A DNA stretch of 64,000 nucleotides from Vulcanimicrobiales bacterium (GCA_038231455.1 JBBRLI010000003.1:128001-192000), one strand, 5' to 3'; counted from the stretch's first letter, positions 40,825 through 50,924 are shown. The notes: generated from the sequence alone by a model not told the origin. A program made the numbers and translations.

Positions 40825-41490
40825 TTACATCGGGAGCTTGTCGCCGCGTTTACCGACGATGACGTACAGGGCCTCGTGGTTGTCCGGCACTTGCCCCACG
40901 ACAACGACCTGTGCGTGCGCTGTAATGGATCCCTTATCTCCCGGGGAGACGAGTACAACCGGAACGTTTGCCGGGATGACGTATTTTCGCGCTCCGTCTT
41001 GGGATAGTAGGGTGATCGTCCTCAGCGTCGCACCCGCGACGGCGTGTGTATTTGCGTGGAGCATCGTCGAGGGATCGGCGATCACCGTACCGTTACGAAG
41101 CGATGAAATGCCGTGTTGCGATAGCACCGCCCATCCGTAGTTGCCTTCTCCAGCGCCGCGCAAAGACTCCGCGAGAACGACCACTTCCAGCGCGCGATTC
41201 ACCGCGCCGTCAGGCACGCTTACGATGCTCAGACGTTTCCCCGGCGCGATATCCGCGACCGTCCCGAGTGCCGCGCCGGCATACTGCACGGACCTGCCCA
41301 AATGAAACGATCGAAAAGTCGATGTCCCCGTTCTCACATCTAAATGCCCCCCGAACGGATCGGACGTGCTGACCGTTCCTCGAATTTTTTCCATTCCGTG
41401 GTGGACGTTCGTCGGAGGGTTGGCTGCGGCGCACGTTGTCGAAAGCAGGGCGAAGCTGGCGGCGTACGCGACAAGAGTTGAGAGATGCAT
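40825..41490 (-). CDS. Hypothetical exported protein (DUF5666-like)
   Basis: Signal peptide; ALEV...RGAGEGNYGW motif. Confidence 0.55.
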   Translation of the reverse strand: MHLSTLVAYAASFALLSTTCAAANPPTNVHHGMEKIRGTVSTSDPFGGHLDVRTGTSTFRSFHLGRSVQYAGAALGTVADIAPGKRLSIVSVPDGAVNRALEVVVLAESLRGAGEGNYGWAVLSQHGISSLRNGTVIADPSTMLHANTHAVAGATLRTITLLSQDGARKYVIPANVPVVLVSPGDKGSITAHAQVVVVGQVPDNHEALYVIVGKRGDKLPM

Positions 41491-41530
41491 GCTCGCTTAT
41501 AAAGCAACCGAGGAAATTTGGTTGCCGCTA

Positions 41531-41712
41531 CGCCGTTGCGAACACCTTGGCGGCGAGCTCGCGCTCGATTGCGGCATAAGAGAACTCACCCGTGATCCTA
41601 TCGTCCGTCTCGCGGGGATTGATCACGCCCGTCTCGTACTCGGAATCGCCGCGCCCACCGTGCTGCGGAGACTCGCCCGTACGGCAGCTTGCGCCAAGAG
41701 TGCGCTAGGGCC
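41531..41712 (+). ncRNA. Probable structured RNA, 6S RNA-like
   Basis: ~180-nt intergenic rod: 41543-41559 pairs with 41686-41702; apical stem 41591-41597/41621-41627; GCGCCCACC...GCGG...ACGGCA 3' motif. Confidence 0.5.
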
Positions 41713-41731
41713 GTATTGAAGGCTTCAAGCT

Positions 41732-42796
41732 ATGATATCGACGCTCGCTGCAATTCCGGAACACATGATCGCTCTGCGCAAAGAGGCGCCCGGCCCGGGC
41801 TTCGTGCGCGGCGAGGTCGCTGTCCCCAAGCTTGGTCCCAGCGACGTGCTCATTCGGGTGAAAAAGGTCGGCATCTGCGGAACCGATCACCACATTTATT
41901 CATGGGATCATTGGGCGCAGCGTCGCGTGAAACCGCCGCTCACGATCGGCCACGAATTCATGGGCTATGTTGCGGCGATCGGCGATGCGGTCCGTTCCGT
42001 TGCGGTCGGCGAGCGTGTTTCGGCGGAAGGCCATATCGCGTGCGGGATTTGCCGGCTCTGTCGTACGGGTGAAGGCCACATCTGCGAACACGTCAAGATC
42101 ATCGGCGTCGATACCGATGGTGCGTTCGCGCAGTTCATCGTGATGCCCGAAGTCAACGTGTGGCGTCTCGATCCCTCGATTCCGGATAACGTTGCGGCGG
42201 TGTTCGATCCGCTCGGGAACGCCGTCCACACGGTCATGGCCGCTGGCGTAAGTACGAAATCGGTCGTGATCACGGGCGTCGGCTCGATTGGCCTCATGGC
42301 GATCCCCGTCGCGCGCGCGGCCGGCGCGGCCTCGGTGTTTGCCGTCGATATCAATCCCGCAAAATTGGAACTCGCTGGACGCGTCGGCGCGGATGCGACG
42401 TTCCTTGCGAACGATCCGAATTTGATCGATGAGATCTTGCGCCGCACGGGTGGCGACGGCGTGGACGTGTTGCTGGAAATGTCCGGCAGCGGATCGGCGA
42501 TCGATTCAGGTCTTGCGATGGTACGCAACGGCGGGCGCGCAGCGCTCCTTGGGATCCCCTCGGATGACATCAGCATCAATCTTGCCGAACGCATCATTTT
42601 CAAAGGCCTCACCGTTCTTGGCATCAACGGCCGCAAAATGTTCGAGACGTGGTATCAGACCGAAGCACTGGTGAAGAGCGGACGTGTCGATCTTGGTCCG
42701 ATCATCACGCACGTCGTGCCGTTCTCCGGCTACGACGATGCCTTCGCACTCATGGAGAGCGGCGCGGCGGCGAAGATCGTAATGGACGTCGGCTAG
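41732..42796 (+). CDS. tdh: L-threonine 3-dehydrogenase
   Basis: GICGTD, GHEF, SAEGHIACGICRLC, DPLGNAVHT, GRKMFETW. Confidence 0.95.
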   Translation: MISTLAAIPEHMIALRKEAPGPGFVRGEVAVPKLGPSDVLIRVKKVGICGTDHHIYSWDHWAQRRVKPPLTIGHEFMGYVAAIGDAVRSVAVGERVSAEGHIACGICRLCRTGEGHICEHVKIIGVDTDGAFAQFIVMPEVNVWRLDPSIPDNVAAVFDPLGNAVHTVMAAGVSTKSVVITGVGSIGLMAIPVARAAGAASVFAVDINPAKLELAGRVGADATFLANDPNLIDEILRRTGGDGVDVLLEMSGSGSAIDSGLAMVRNGGRAALLGIPSDDISINLAERIIFKGLTVLGINGRKMFETWYQTEALVKSGRVDLGPIITHVVPFSGYDDAFALMESGAAAKIVMDVG

Positions 42797-43341
42797 AGGT
42801 TTACTAAGCGCGAATCGTGGCGCACGAACTCTTTGGCATTGGGGACCAGGACGTGTTCGATCAGCACGGGGCGTTCGTTTGCCTTGAACGTGATGTCGTA
42901 CATCTCGGCGATCACGCCGTGTAAAACGAAGGCACCCTGCCGATCGGTGCGCGTCGTGTAGGTGGCTCGTTCGCCGTGCGCGTTGACCGTGATGTTCGCG
43001 ACGGCGCGTCCGAGCCGGTCGACCACGTAGCCGCCAATCGCCGTTGCCGGCTCGTCAGCGGGTGCTTGGCCGACGCCGGGGATGAGGGCGCGCATGATCT
43101 GTTGTTCGAGTCCGGCGAGAATGCCAAGGCCGCGGACGAAGAGCGAGAGGTAACCGCGCGCTGCGATCACGAGGTCGTAGACCCCTTCGGGCAGCTCCAG
43201 CCGGAAGATGCCGCTCTTATCGGCCTCAATGATCGACATTTTGCCCGTACGCCAGACGATCGTCACCTGCGCTTCCGCAAGCGGGACGCTCGAACGTCGG
43301 TCCAAAAGTTTGCATTCCAGTGCCCCGGTCGCTTGTACCAT
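42793..43341 (-). CDS. Protein with two carboxypeptidase-regulatory-like (transthyretin-like) domains
   Basis: Two D..G.F.L..L..G.Y repeats; no signal peptide evident. Confidence 0.7.
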   Translation of the reverse strand: MVQATGALECKLLDRRSSVPLAEAQVTIVWRTGKMSIIEADKSGIFRLELPEGVYDLVIAARGYLSLFVRGLGILAGLEQQIMRALIPGVGQAPADEPATAIGGYVVDRLGRAVANITVNAHGERATYTTRTDRQGAFVLHGVIAEMYDITFKANERPVLIEHVLVPNAKEFVRHDSRLVNL

Positions 43342-43421
43342 GCTTTGTCTCTATCGTCGAAACGATCTCCAATCTTGAATCGCCCGACCGTCGCTCGCCA
43401 CTTGCCCGCTAGAAAGTCCTC

Positions 43422-44627
43422 ATGAATACCGCATTCCAAACCGCCCTCAACGCGGACCTCGACCGCCTCAAGGAAGCCGGCACGTATAAAACGCTGCGGC
43501 ACTTGACCTCGCCGATGGCGGCCTCGGTGCATATGGAAGAAGCCGGCGACGTAATCGTCCTCTCCAGCAACAATTATTTGGGGCTGGCCGACGATCCCGC
43601 GATTGTCGATGCCGGGATTGCCGGCTTGAAAAAATACGGCGCCGGAACCGCCTCGGTGCGCTTCATCTGCGGCACCTTCGACGTGCACCGCGATCTTGAG
43701 GACCGGATCGCCGAACTGCTCTCGACAGAAGCCGCGCTTTCGTACGTGTCGTGCTGGGCGGCAAACGAAGGGCTGATGCCGACGATCGCCGGCCCCGGCT
43801 CGACGATCATCAGCGACGAACTCAATCACGCATCGATCATTGACGGTTGCCGCCTGGCTTCACACGCGAAGCGCCTGCGTTTCAAGCATAGCGACATGGC
43901 TGAGCTTGAAGAGAAACTGAAGAACAAAGAAGGCGACGGCCCGGTCTTCATCATTACCGACGGCGTGTTTTCGATGGAGGGCTCGATCGCAAACCTGCCC
44001 GCCATCGTCGCGCTTGCAAAAAAGTACGACGCGGTCACGATCGTCGATGACTCGCACGGCACCGGGGTGATGGGTAAGACGGGTCGCGGGACGATCGAGC
44101 ACTACGGCCTCGAAGGTCAGATCGACATCATCACGGGGACGCTTGGCAAGGCGCTCGGCGGCGCCGCGGGCGGGTTTGTTGCCGGCAGCCGCGCGCTGAT
44201 CGACACGCTCATCCAGCGCTCGCGCACGCAGCTTTTCTCAAACGCGCTGCCGCCGACCGTCGCTGCAAGCTCGCTTGCGTCGATCGATGCGCTCGAACAG
44301 CGTCCGCAGCTCGTTGAGAAACTGCGCGCGAATACCGCGTACTTCCGCGCCGGTCTCAAGCGGCTCGGCTACAAGCCGCTCGATGGCCCAAGTGCCATCG
44401 TGCCGATCATCGTCGGCGAGACGTCGTTTGCCATTGCGATGAGCGACAAGTTGCTCAAAGAGGGCGTGTTTGTAACGGGCTTTGGCTTCCCGGTCGTGCC
44501 CGAAGGCACGGCGCGCATCCGGACGCAGCTCAGCGCCGCGCTTGAAACCGAACACCTCGATCGCGCGCTTGCGGCGTTCGAGCGGGTCGGAAGCGAACTC
44601 GGACTGATCGAGAAGGCCACCGTATAG
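43422..44627 (+). CDS. kbl: Glycine C-acetyltransferase
   Basis: SNNYLGL, SVRFICGT, DDSHG, GTLGKALGGA, FPVVPEGTARIR. Confidence 0.95.
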   Translation: MNTAFQTALNADLDRLKEAGTYKTLRHLTSPMAASVHMEEAGDVIVLSSNNYLGLADDPAIVDAGIAGLKKYGAGTASVRFICGTFDVHRDLEDRIAELLSTEAALSYVSCWAANEGLMPTIAGPGSTIISDELNHASIIDGCRLASHAKRLRFKHSDMAELEEKLKNKEGDGPVFIITDGVFSMEGSIANLPAIVALAKKYDAVTIVDDSHGTGVMGKTGRGTIEHYGLEGQIDIITGTLGKALGGAAGGFVAGSRALIDTLIQRSRTQLFSNALPPTVAASSLASIDALEQRPQLVEKLRANTAYFRAGLKRLGYKPLDGPSAIVPIIVGETSFAIAMSDKLLKEGVFVTGFGFPVVPEGTARIRTQLSAALETEHLDRALAAFERVGSELGLIEKATV

Positions 44628-45859
44628 CGCTTGCGATCGACGCGATCGTCCTTGCGGCGATCGCGTGCATGCTCGTTCGCCCGTGGAGGGTGAGCGAAGT
44701 CGTCCCGGTGGGAATCGCCGCCGTTCTGCTCGTCGCAATCGGTGCGGTTTCGCCGAGGGCCGCGTGGACGGCGATCGCCGGCGGTTACGACGTCTACTTG
44801 TTTCTTGCGGGCATGATGCTGCTCGCAGAAATTGCGCGTCGGCGTGGCCTCTTCGAATTGCTGGCCGCGCGCGCCGTTCGCGCTGCATGTGGGTCGCGTA
44901 CGCGTCTCTTCGCCATCGTGTATGGCGTGGGCGTGCTCGTCACGGTTTTTTTCTCGAATGACGCAACCGCCGTGGTGCTCACGCCGGCGGTTGCGGCGGC
45001 CGTTGCACGTGCGCGCATCGCGCCGCTCCCGCATCTCTTTGCCTGTGCGTTCGTAGCGAACGCCGCGAGCTTCGTTCTCCCGATTTCCAATCCGGCGAAT
45101 TTGGTGATTTACGGCGACACGTTGCCGACACTTCTCGCGTGGGTCATCCCGTTTGCGCTTCCCTCGCTTGCGGCGATCGCCGTTACGTATGCAGTGATCC
45201 GCATCGCCTCGCGCGCCGACTTGCGCGGCGAGATGGCGAGTGCCGGCGTCATTCCAACGCTCGACCCAGCCCAAACGCGGACCAGCACTGCGCTCCTCGC
45301 GGTAGCGCTCGCACTGGTCGTCGCCTCATTCGCCGGTTTACCGATCGGCCTCGTTACCTTCGTCTGCGGCTTGGCGGCACTCTCGGTAAGCGTCCTATCG
45401 GATGTGCGACTCGGAGCGCAGATCGTGCGGGGCATCGACCTACCGGTCTTGGGCCTCGTTGCTGGGCTCTTCGTTCTCGTCGACGCGCTCACGGCGAGCG
45501 GCGCGCTCCGCCTTGCTGATGCGTTCTTCGATTCGCTCGTGCATCTGCCAACCGTGCTGGCCAATCTCGCGGGGTCTGCAAGTGTCGGGTTGCTCGCGAA
45601 CTTTGCGAACAATTTGCCGGTCGGCCTTGCGATGCGCACAGCCGCCAGCTCCCTCCACGGACACGAGACATTCGTGCGTGCGGGGGTCATCGGCGTCGAC
45701 CTCGGTCCGAATCTCTCGATCACGGGTTCGCTTGCGACGATTCTGTGGATGAATGCCCTGCGGCGCGCAAGCGTGCCGATGAACGCGTGGCTGTTCTTGC
45801 GCCTTGGCGCGGTGGCCATGCCGCTGGCGCTGCTCGCAGCCAGCCTGGTTTTGCGCTAA
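44624..45859 (+). CDS. ArsB/NhaD-superfamily membrane transporter; start ATA 44624 inferred (first ATG 44669)
   Basis: SNDATAVVLTP, ANAASFVLPISNPANL, NNLP, DLGPNLSITGSLATILW. Confidence 0.85.
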   Translation: MALAIDAIVLAAIACMLVRPWRVSEVVPVGIAAVLLVAIGAVSPRAAWTAIAGGYDVYLFLAGMMLLAEIARRRGLFELLAARAVRAACGSRTRLFAIVYGVGVLVTVFFSNDATAVVLTPAVAAAVARARIAPLPHLFACAFVANAASFVLPISNPANLVIYGDTLPTLLAWVIPFALPSLAAIAVTYAVIRIASRADLRGEMASAGVIPTLDPAQTRTSTALLAVALALVVASFAGLPIGLVTFVCGLAALSVSVLSDVRLGAQIVRGIDLPVLGLVAGLFVLVDALTASGALRLADAFFDSLVHLPTVLANLAGSASVGLLANFANNLPVGLAMRTAASSLHGHETFVRAGVIGVDLGPNLSITGSLATILWMNALRRASVPMNAWLFLRLGAVAMPLALLAASLVLR

Positions 45860-45979
45860 CGAGCAGGCCTCGACCCATTTCCGGCCCGTTTTGTTCCCGC
45901 CCCTTGTCGAATGAAGCTCGAATCAGCTAAGACAATTGTCGGATGACCCGGACACTCGTAAAGCCGCATCATCCGAGGC

Positions 45980-46447
45980 ATGCGTGTGTATCGTTTGGCG
46001 ATCTTTTTGGTGTCTGGGCTCTTTGCGTTGCCGCTGGCTGCCGGAGCTGCGAAGTCGTTCGGGGGCCCAAGCGGCTGGAATCACGATGTCGTCGCCCAGG
46101 GCGGTGGCGGCCGGACACAGGACGTCTGGAAGGCACCCGACGCGACTGAAGTGCTGTCCGTTATTGCCGACGCGGCAACTAGCTTCGACGATGCGATCGG
46201 CATGATCCGCAAGAATGCGATCGACAGTAAATTGCGCTTCGGCCTGGATAAGGACCTAATGTGCGATGGTCGCAAGGCGCATCTCTTCGAAATGGCGATG
46301 GGCGATTCGAAGAAGACACTCTTCAACGTGACGGTGGTCTCCGATGGCTCGGGTATGGAGCGCATCACCTACTCGCGCCCCGATGGGAACCGCTTTTCGA
46401 GCGACGTGAAAGACGCGCTGAGCAGCTACTGCGGCACCCCGCAGTAG
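45980..46447 (+). CDS. Hypothetical secreted protein
   Basis: Signal peptide; two Cys; host-like codon usage. Confidence 0.7.
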   Translation: MRVYRLAIFLVSGLFALPLAAGAAKSFGGPSGWNHDVVAQGGGGRTQDVWKAPDATEVLSVIADAATSFDDAIGMIRKNAIDSKLRFGLDKDLMCDGRKAHLFEMAMGDSKKTLFNVTVVSDGSGMERITYSRPDGNRFSSDVKDALSSYCGTPQ

Positions 46448-46513
46448 CCGAGCGAACAAAGAAGTCGCTCGCGCTCATGGAAGAGGCCATCAACCTCTTC
46501 CGGAGCTGACTCT

Positions 46514-48130
46514 TTGAAGAAGATCGTTATTGCAAGCGCTTGTGCGCTTGCGCTGTTTTGCTCGGTTGTTGCCGGCGCATCGGCGTCGACGTACGCGGTT
46601 GAAGAAAAATCCGTCGCGCAACTTCAGGCCGATTTGACCCGTGGTGCCGTGTCCTCGCAGACGCTCGTCCGCGCCTATCTCGCGCGCATTGCGGCGATGG
46701 ATCGCACCGGCCCCGCGCTGCACAGTATCATCGCGCTCAATCCGCACGCACTTGCCGATGCGCGCGCGCTCGATGCCGAACGACATTCGGGCAATGTGCG
46801 CGGCCCGCTGCACGGCATCCCCGTGCTGATTAAAGATAATATCGAATCGGACGACGGCACGGCGACGACCGCCGGTTCCGATGCGCTCGCGCTCAACGTG
46901 ACGCACCGCGACGCACCGCTCGTCAAGCGCCTCAAAGCCGCGGGCGCGATCATCCTAGGCAAAACGAATCTCTCGGAGTGGGCGAACATTCGCTCGACGC
47001 ATTCGATCAGTGGCTGGTCATCGCGCGGTGGCCTGGTGAAAAATCCGTACGCGCTGGATCGCAATGCGTGCGGCTCCTCATCGGGTACCGGCGCGTCGAT
47101 TGCGGCGAGCTTCGCTGCGGTCGGCGTCGGGACAGAAACCGATGGTTCGGTGACGTGTCCCGCGGCACTCAACGGACTCGTCGGTCTCAAACCCACGGTT
47201 GGCCTCGTCTCACGCTCGCGCGTCGTGCCGATCTCGCACACGCAAGACACGCCCGGACCGATGGGCCGCAGCGTCGCCGATGTCGCCGCGCTTTTGCAGG
47301 GGCTTGCGGGGAGCGATCCGGCCGATGTTGCCACAAAAGACGCCGACGCGCACAAGGCAAATTATCTTGCGGCACTCAAGGGCGCATCGCTTCACGGCAA
47401 GCGTTTTGGACTGCTGACGTTTGCCTCGCACACCGGCTATCCGCTAGAAGATGCGGTCTTCGCAAATGCCGTGGCTTTACTCAAAGCGCAAGGCGCAACA
47501 GTCGTCGTGCTCAAGGACTACAAACCCGATCCGAAGATCGGTGACTACGAAGACACGGTGCTTGCAACCGAACTCAAAGCCGACCTCAACGCATATTTAG
47601 CGACGACGCCCAAAGCCGTGCAATCGCGCACGCTCGCAGATCTCATCGCGTTCAACAATACCCATCCGCGCGAACTGAGCCTCTTCGGACAAGAGTACTT
47701 CAACCGTGCGCAAAAACTCGGCGGCCTCGATGATCCCAAGTACATCAAAGCGCACGATGAAGCAAAGCGCCTCGCCGGTGCCGAGGGTATCGACAAACTC
47801 ATCATCGAGAACAATCTCGACGCGCTGATCGCACCGAGCTACGGGCCGGCGTATCGCACCGACATCGTCACCGGCGATCATAGCTCCGGTGATTCATCGT
47901 CGCTCCCGGCGGTCGCGGGCTACCCGCATCTCACGGTGCCGATGGGGTATACGCGGGGACTGCCCGTCGGCATCTCGTTCATCGGCCGCGCGTGGACGGA
48001 CGATCGACTGCTGGCGATCGGGGCCGCATTCGAACGGGTAAACCACGTTCGTCACGCACCCACCTATGCGAAGAGTGTGGAAACGACTCCCGCGATCGCA
48101 CCGTATTTGGCACCGGCGCCTGAACGGTGA
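46514..48130 (+). CDS. Secreted amidase (amidase signature family)
   Basis: KDNI, GKTNLSEW, GSSSG, GTETDGS. Confidence 0.93.
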   Translation: MKKIVIASACALALFCSVVAGASASTYAVEEKSVAQLQADLTRGAVSSQTLVRAYLARIAAMDRTGPALHSIIALNPHALADARALDAERHSGNVRGPLHGIPVLIKDNIESDDGTATTAGSDALALNVTHRDAPLVKRLKAAGAIILGKTNLSEWANIRSTHSISGWSSRGGLVKNPYALDRNACGSSSGTGASIAASFAAVGVGTETDGSVTCPAALNGLVGLKPTVGLVSRSRVVPISHTQDTPGPMGRSVADVAALLQGLAGSDPADVATKDADAHKANYLAALKGASLHGKRFGLLTFASHTGYPLEDAVFANAVALLKAQGATVVVLKDYKPDPKIGDYEDTVLATELKADLNAYLATTPKAVQSRTLADLIAFNNTHPRELSLFGQEYFNRAQKLGGLDDPKYIKAHDEAKRLAGAEGIDKLIIENNLDALIAPSYGPAYRTDIVTGDHSSGDSSSLPAVAGYPHLTVPMGYTRGLPVGISFIGRAWTDDRLLAIGAAFERVNHVRHAPTYAKSVETTPAIAPYLAPAPER

Positions 48131-48202
48131 GGAACTCGAGTCCTGGGATCAGAACGGGAGCGCACCGAGGCCAGGTCCTCTCGTTTCGGTGAAGGGTGCC
48201 CG

Positions 48203-48811
48203 ATGATCGGAGATGCTACCATGCCTTCTCGGTTTTTCAAGGTGTTCGCGGCGGTCGTTCTCGTCGGGCTCTTGCGAGCATCGGCCGATGCTCAACCGCA
48301 CGCGTTCACGACGCTGTCGACGGGCGCAGGCAAGTGCCTCGACGTCATCAACGACGGGAAGAACGACAAGCTGCGGATGTTCACGTGCGGGAATTATTCC
48401 GGACAGTCGTGGAGCATCGTGGAAACGCGCACGGCCGGTCACTATCGATTGACCAACGATTTCACCGGAACCCGCAAATGCGTGGATGTCGCAAATGACG
48501 GTCAGAACGATCGGCTCAAGATGGTTACGTGCGGGAACTTCAGCGGTCAATTCTGGTCGATCAACGCAACGAAGCGCGCCGGATTCTATCACTTGAAAAA
48601 CGAGTTTACCGGATCGAGTAAATGCCTCGCGGTCACCGGTGGCACGCAGGTCGCTCTCCAAGACTGCGCCGACTTCGCGGGCCAGTACTGGAGCACGCAG
48701 CTCCCGCTGCAGTTTCTTCAATCGCATAACGAAAACGAAAAGAGCAGTCTCAAAGCAAATCCGCTCTTTGACCGAAACGGTCGCCGCGTGGTTCGAATTC
48801 CTCCGGGGTGA
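48203..48811 (+). CDS. Secreted ricin-B (beta-trefoil) lectin-domain protein
   Basis: Three KC(L/V)...C...GQxW repeats; signal peptide. Confidence 0.85.
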   Translation: MIGDATMPSRFFKVFAAVVLVGLLRASADAQPHAFTTLSTGAGKCLDVINDGKNDKLRMFTCGNYSGQSWSIVETRTAGHYRLTNDFTGTRKCVDVANDGQNDRLKMVTCGNFSGQFWSINATKRAGFYHLKNEFTGSSKCLAVTGGTQVALQDCADFAGQYWSTQLPLQFLQSHNENEKSSLKANPLFDRNGRRVVRIPPG

Positions 48812-48875
48812 AGTCACGTTCGGATCAAGGTTCCAATTGAGGACCCGCCGACCGGGGCCAAGAAGACCAACCGGG

Positions 48876-50036
48876 ATGGATTCTGGATTCCTCGATAGCG
48901 GACCGTGGGTTGAATCCAACCGGTTTGCCGAGTTGCTCTCCGAGCGCAATCTCAATGCGCGTGAGCGCTCGATTGCCGAGCGATACCACCGCGATGGATT
49001 CGTGGTCATCGAGGATGTCGATGTTGTCGCCGACATCGATACGGGACAGATGTGGGAAGCGATCGCCGCGGAGTGCGCTTCCGGTCGCGTTCACGGGAAC
49101 GTCGATCGCGCGACCGATGCCTTTCGCGTGTGTCGTCCCGTCTATGAGATCGCCACGCATCCCGCCGTTACTAGCGTCCTACGCATGCTCTACGGGCGCG
49201 AGCCGCGTCCGTTTCAAACGCTGAATTTCATGCACGGCACCGAGCAAGAAACGCACAGCGATACAATCCACTTTTCCTCGAAGCCGGAGCGCTTCATGTG
49301 CGGCGTGTGGCTCGCGCTCGAAGATATCACGCTCGCGCAAGGCCCGCTGCACTACTACGAGGGGTCGCAAAAACTGCCCGAATTCGATTACGAAGATTTA
49401 GGCATTCCCGCGATCACCGGAGTGCAGAACTGGGGCAATCCACAGACGCGCGAGCGCTACACGCAATACGAGAAGAAGATCTCCGAGCTTGCGCGCGAGA
49501 GTGGCTTCAAGCGCAGCGAGCTTGCAATAAAAAAAGGGTCGTTCCTCATTTGGGCGTCCAATTTGCTGCACGGCGGAAATCCGCGTGAGAATCCAATTCT
49601 CACCCGCAAGAGTCAAGTCACGCACTACTACTTCGACGACACGATCCGCTTCACGCCGATGTTCTCCGAGAAGTCCAAAAGCGTGTATGCGGCCCGCTTC
49701 ATCGACGATATGACCACCGGCGATCCACTTCCGGATCGAATCAACGATCGTCCCGTCGTGTGGCTGCCCAGTGGGATGCGAGAATCGTTCCGAGTCTTCG
49801 ATACCGCTGAAGCAGCCCGGCTCGAAAGACAGTATCTCGGGCGATATCGCGACGTTCGTGATTCCGCTCTCGGAAAATCGGAGTTCGCCTTCTCGCATTT
49901 CTCGCGCGTTGGGGCTCGGGAAAACCGGGAGTTTTTGAACACGGAGCGATCGGTTGCAGAGTTCGCCGTGCGTGAGGGCGCCAGACAATTCCTCGCGTTA
50001 GCCCGGCGAGTGAAGCGAAAACTAACCCCGTCCTAA
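48876..50036 (+). CDS. PhyH-family Fe(II)/2-oxoglutarate dioxygenase
   Basis: QETHSD (HxD), GVWLALED, GPL, LLHGG. Confidence 0.85.
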   Translation: MDSGFLDSGPWVESNRFAELLSERNLNARERSIAERYHRDGFVVIEDVDVVADIDTGQMWEAIAAECASGRVHGNVDRATDAFRVCRPVYEIATHPAVTSVLRMLYGREPRPFQTLNFMHGTEQETHSDTIHFSSKPERFMCGVWLALEDITLAQGPLHYYEGSQKLPEFDYEDLGIPAITGVQNWGNPQTRERYTQYEKKISELARESGFKRSELAIKKGSFLIWASNLLHGGNPRENPILTRKSQVTHYYFDDTIRFTPMFSEKSKSVYAARFIDDMTTGDPLPDRINDRPVVWLPSGMRESFRVFDTAEAARLERQYLGRYRDVRDSALGKSEFAFSHFSRVGARENREFLNTERSVAEFAVREGARQFLALARRVKRKLTPS

Positions 50037-50084
50037 CTGCCGTCGACGGTCGAAATGTCGTGCACTCCTACAACGAGGCTGACC

Positions 50085-50774
50085 CTACTTCATTTGTGGG
50101 AAGATGTGCGTAATTTTACCGAACGGAGAAGCGGGTTTTCCTTTCATCGGACCGCCCCAAATCTTGCCGACTCGTTGCACGCAACCGAATAGATGAGAGT
50201 CCAGCGAATTGTTTGCCGCGTCACCCATCACGAAATAACATCCATCCGGTAGTCGATCGGCGCTTTGGAAGAAACTCGCGGGAGGGACGTTCTGTCCGTC
50301 ATTTCGGAGATCTGTCGAACCGTCGACGTAAATCGTTTTCGACGCGATAACAAGATCGTAATTCGGAGATCTCGAACCTTTTGGCAGCAAATAACGCTTG
50401 CCGTTCACGAATATCTGCGAGTGGCGAATTTCGAGTTTGTCCCCTGGCAGGGCGATGATCCGTTTTATCCATGGATTTTCCGATACGATCGGTGGGTCGA
50501 ATACGATGATGTCTCCACGCGCGGGAGACGTTCGATCGTATGCGGTCATATCGTCGAGCAGCGTCGCCCCTTTCGGTATCGTGGGCTCCATGGTTGGAGC
50601 GCTCATCGAAAAAGAGCGGTAACGGTGACCGGGGAGCATTTCTTTGCTCACAACTTGCCCACGTTGGTACCATTTCTGAATCGTTGTGAAAATGTCCGAT
50701 GCGCTCGCAGTCCCTCGAGAGACGATCACGAGCAAAATGAACGCTGCCGATGAGGCCAAAATTCGCAGCGTCAT
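50085..50774 (-). CDS. Signal peptidase I (S26)-like protein with atypical active site
   Basis: MEPT, RGDIIVF, IKRIIALPGD, FVMGD...SLDS. Confidence 0.8.
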   Translation of the reverse strand: MTLRILASSAAFILLVIVSRGTASASDIFTTIQKWYQRGQVVSKEMLPGHRYRSFSMSAPTMEPTIPKGATLLDDMTAYDRTSPARGDIIVFDPPIVSENPWIKRIIALPGDKLEIRHSQIFVNGKRYLLPKGSRSPNYDLVIASKTIYVDGSTDLRNDGQNVPPASFFQSADRLPDGCYFVMGDAANNSLDSHLFGCVQRVGKIWGGPMKGKPASPFGKITHIFPQMK

Positions 50775-50924
50775 TCTCACCCGCAAACTTTTTCTCAAAA
50801 ACGTAATCCATTGCAGTGCACATAATCGCCAGCCATGCCAGTGCCTTCGACGGGCGTCTGGCAGATTCTGCACCGTGCTCCGATTCCCGCGCGCGGCAGT
50901 TTGGTTTGCTGCGATAGCGAATCG

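Noticed and set aside
48785-48812. GGTTCGAATTCC T-loop-like motif as tRNA fragment or att site
   Set aside because: No cloverleaf, wrong orientation, and it does not match the tRNA-fMet 3' sequence.
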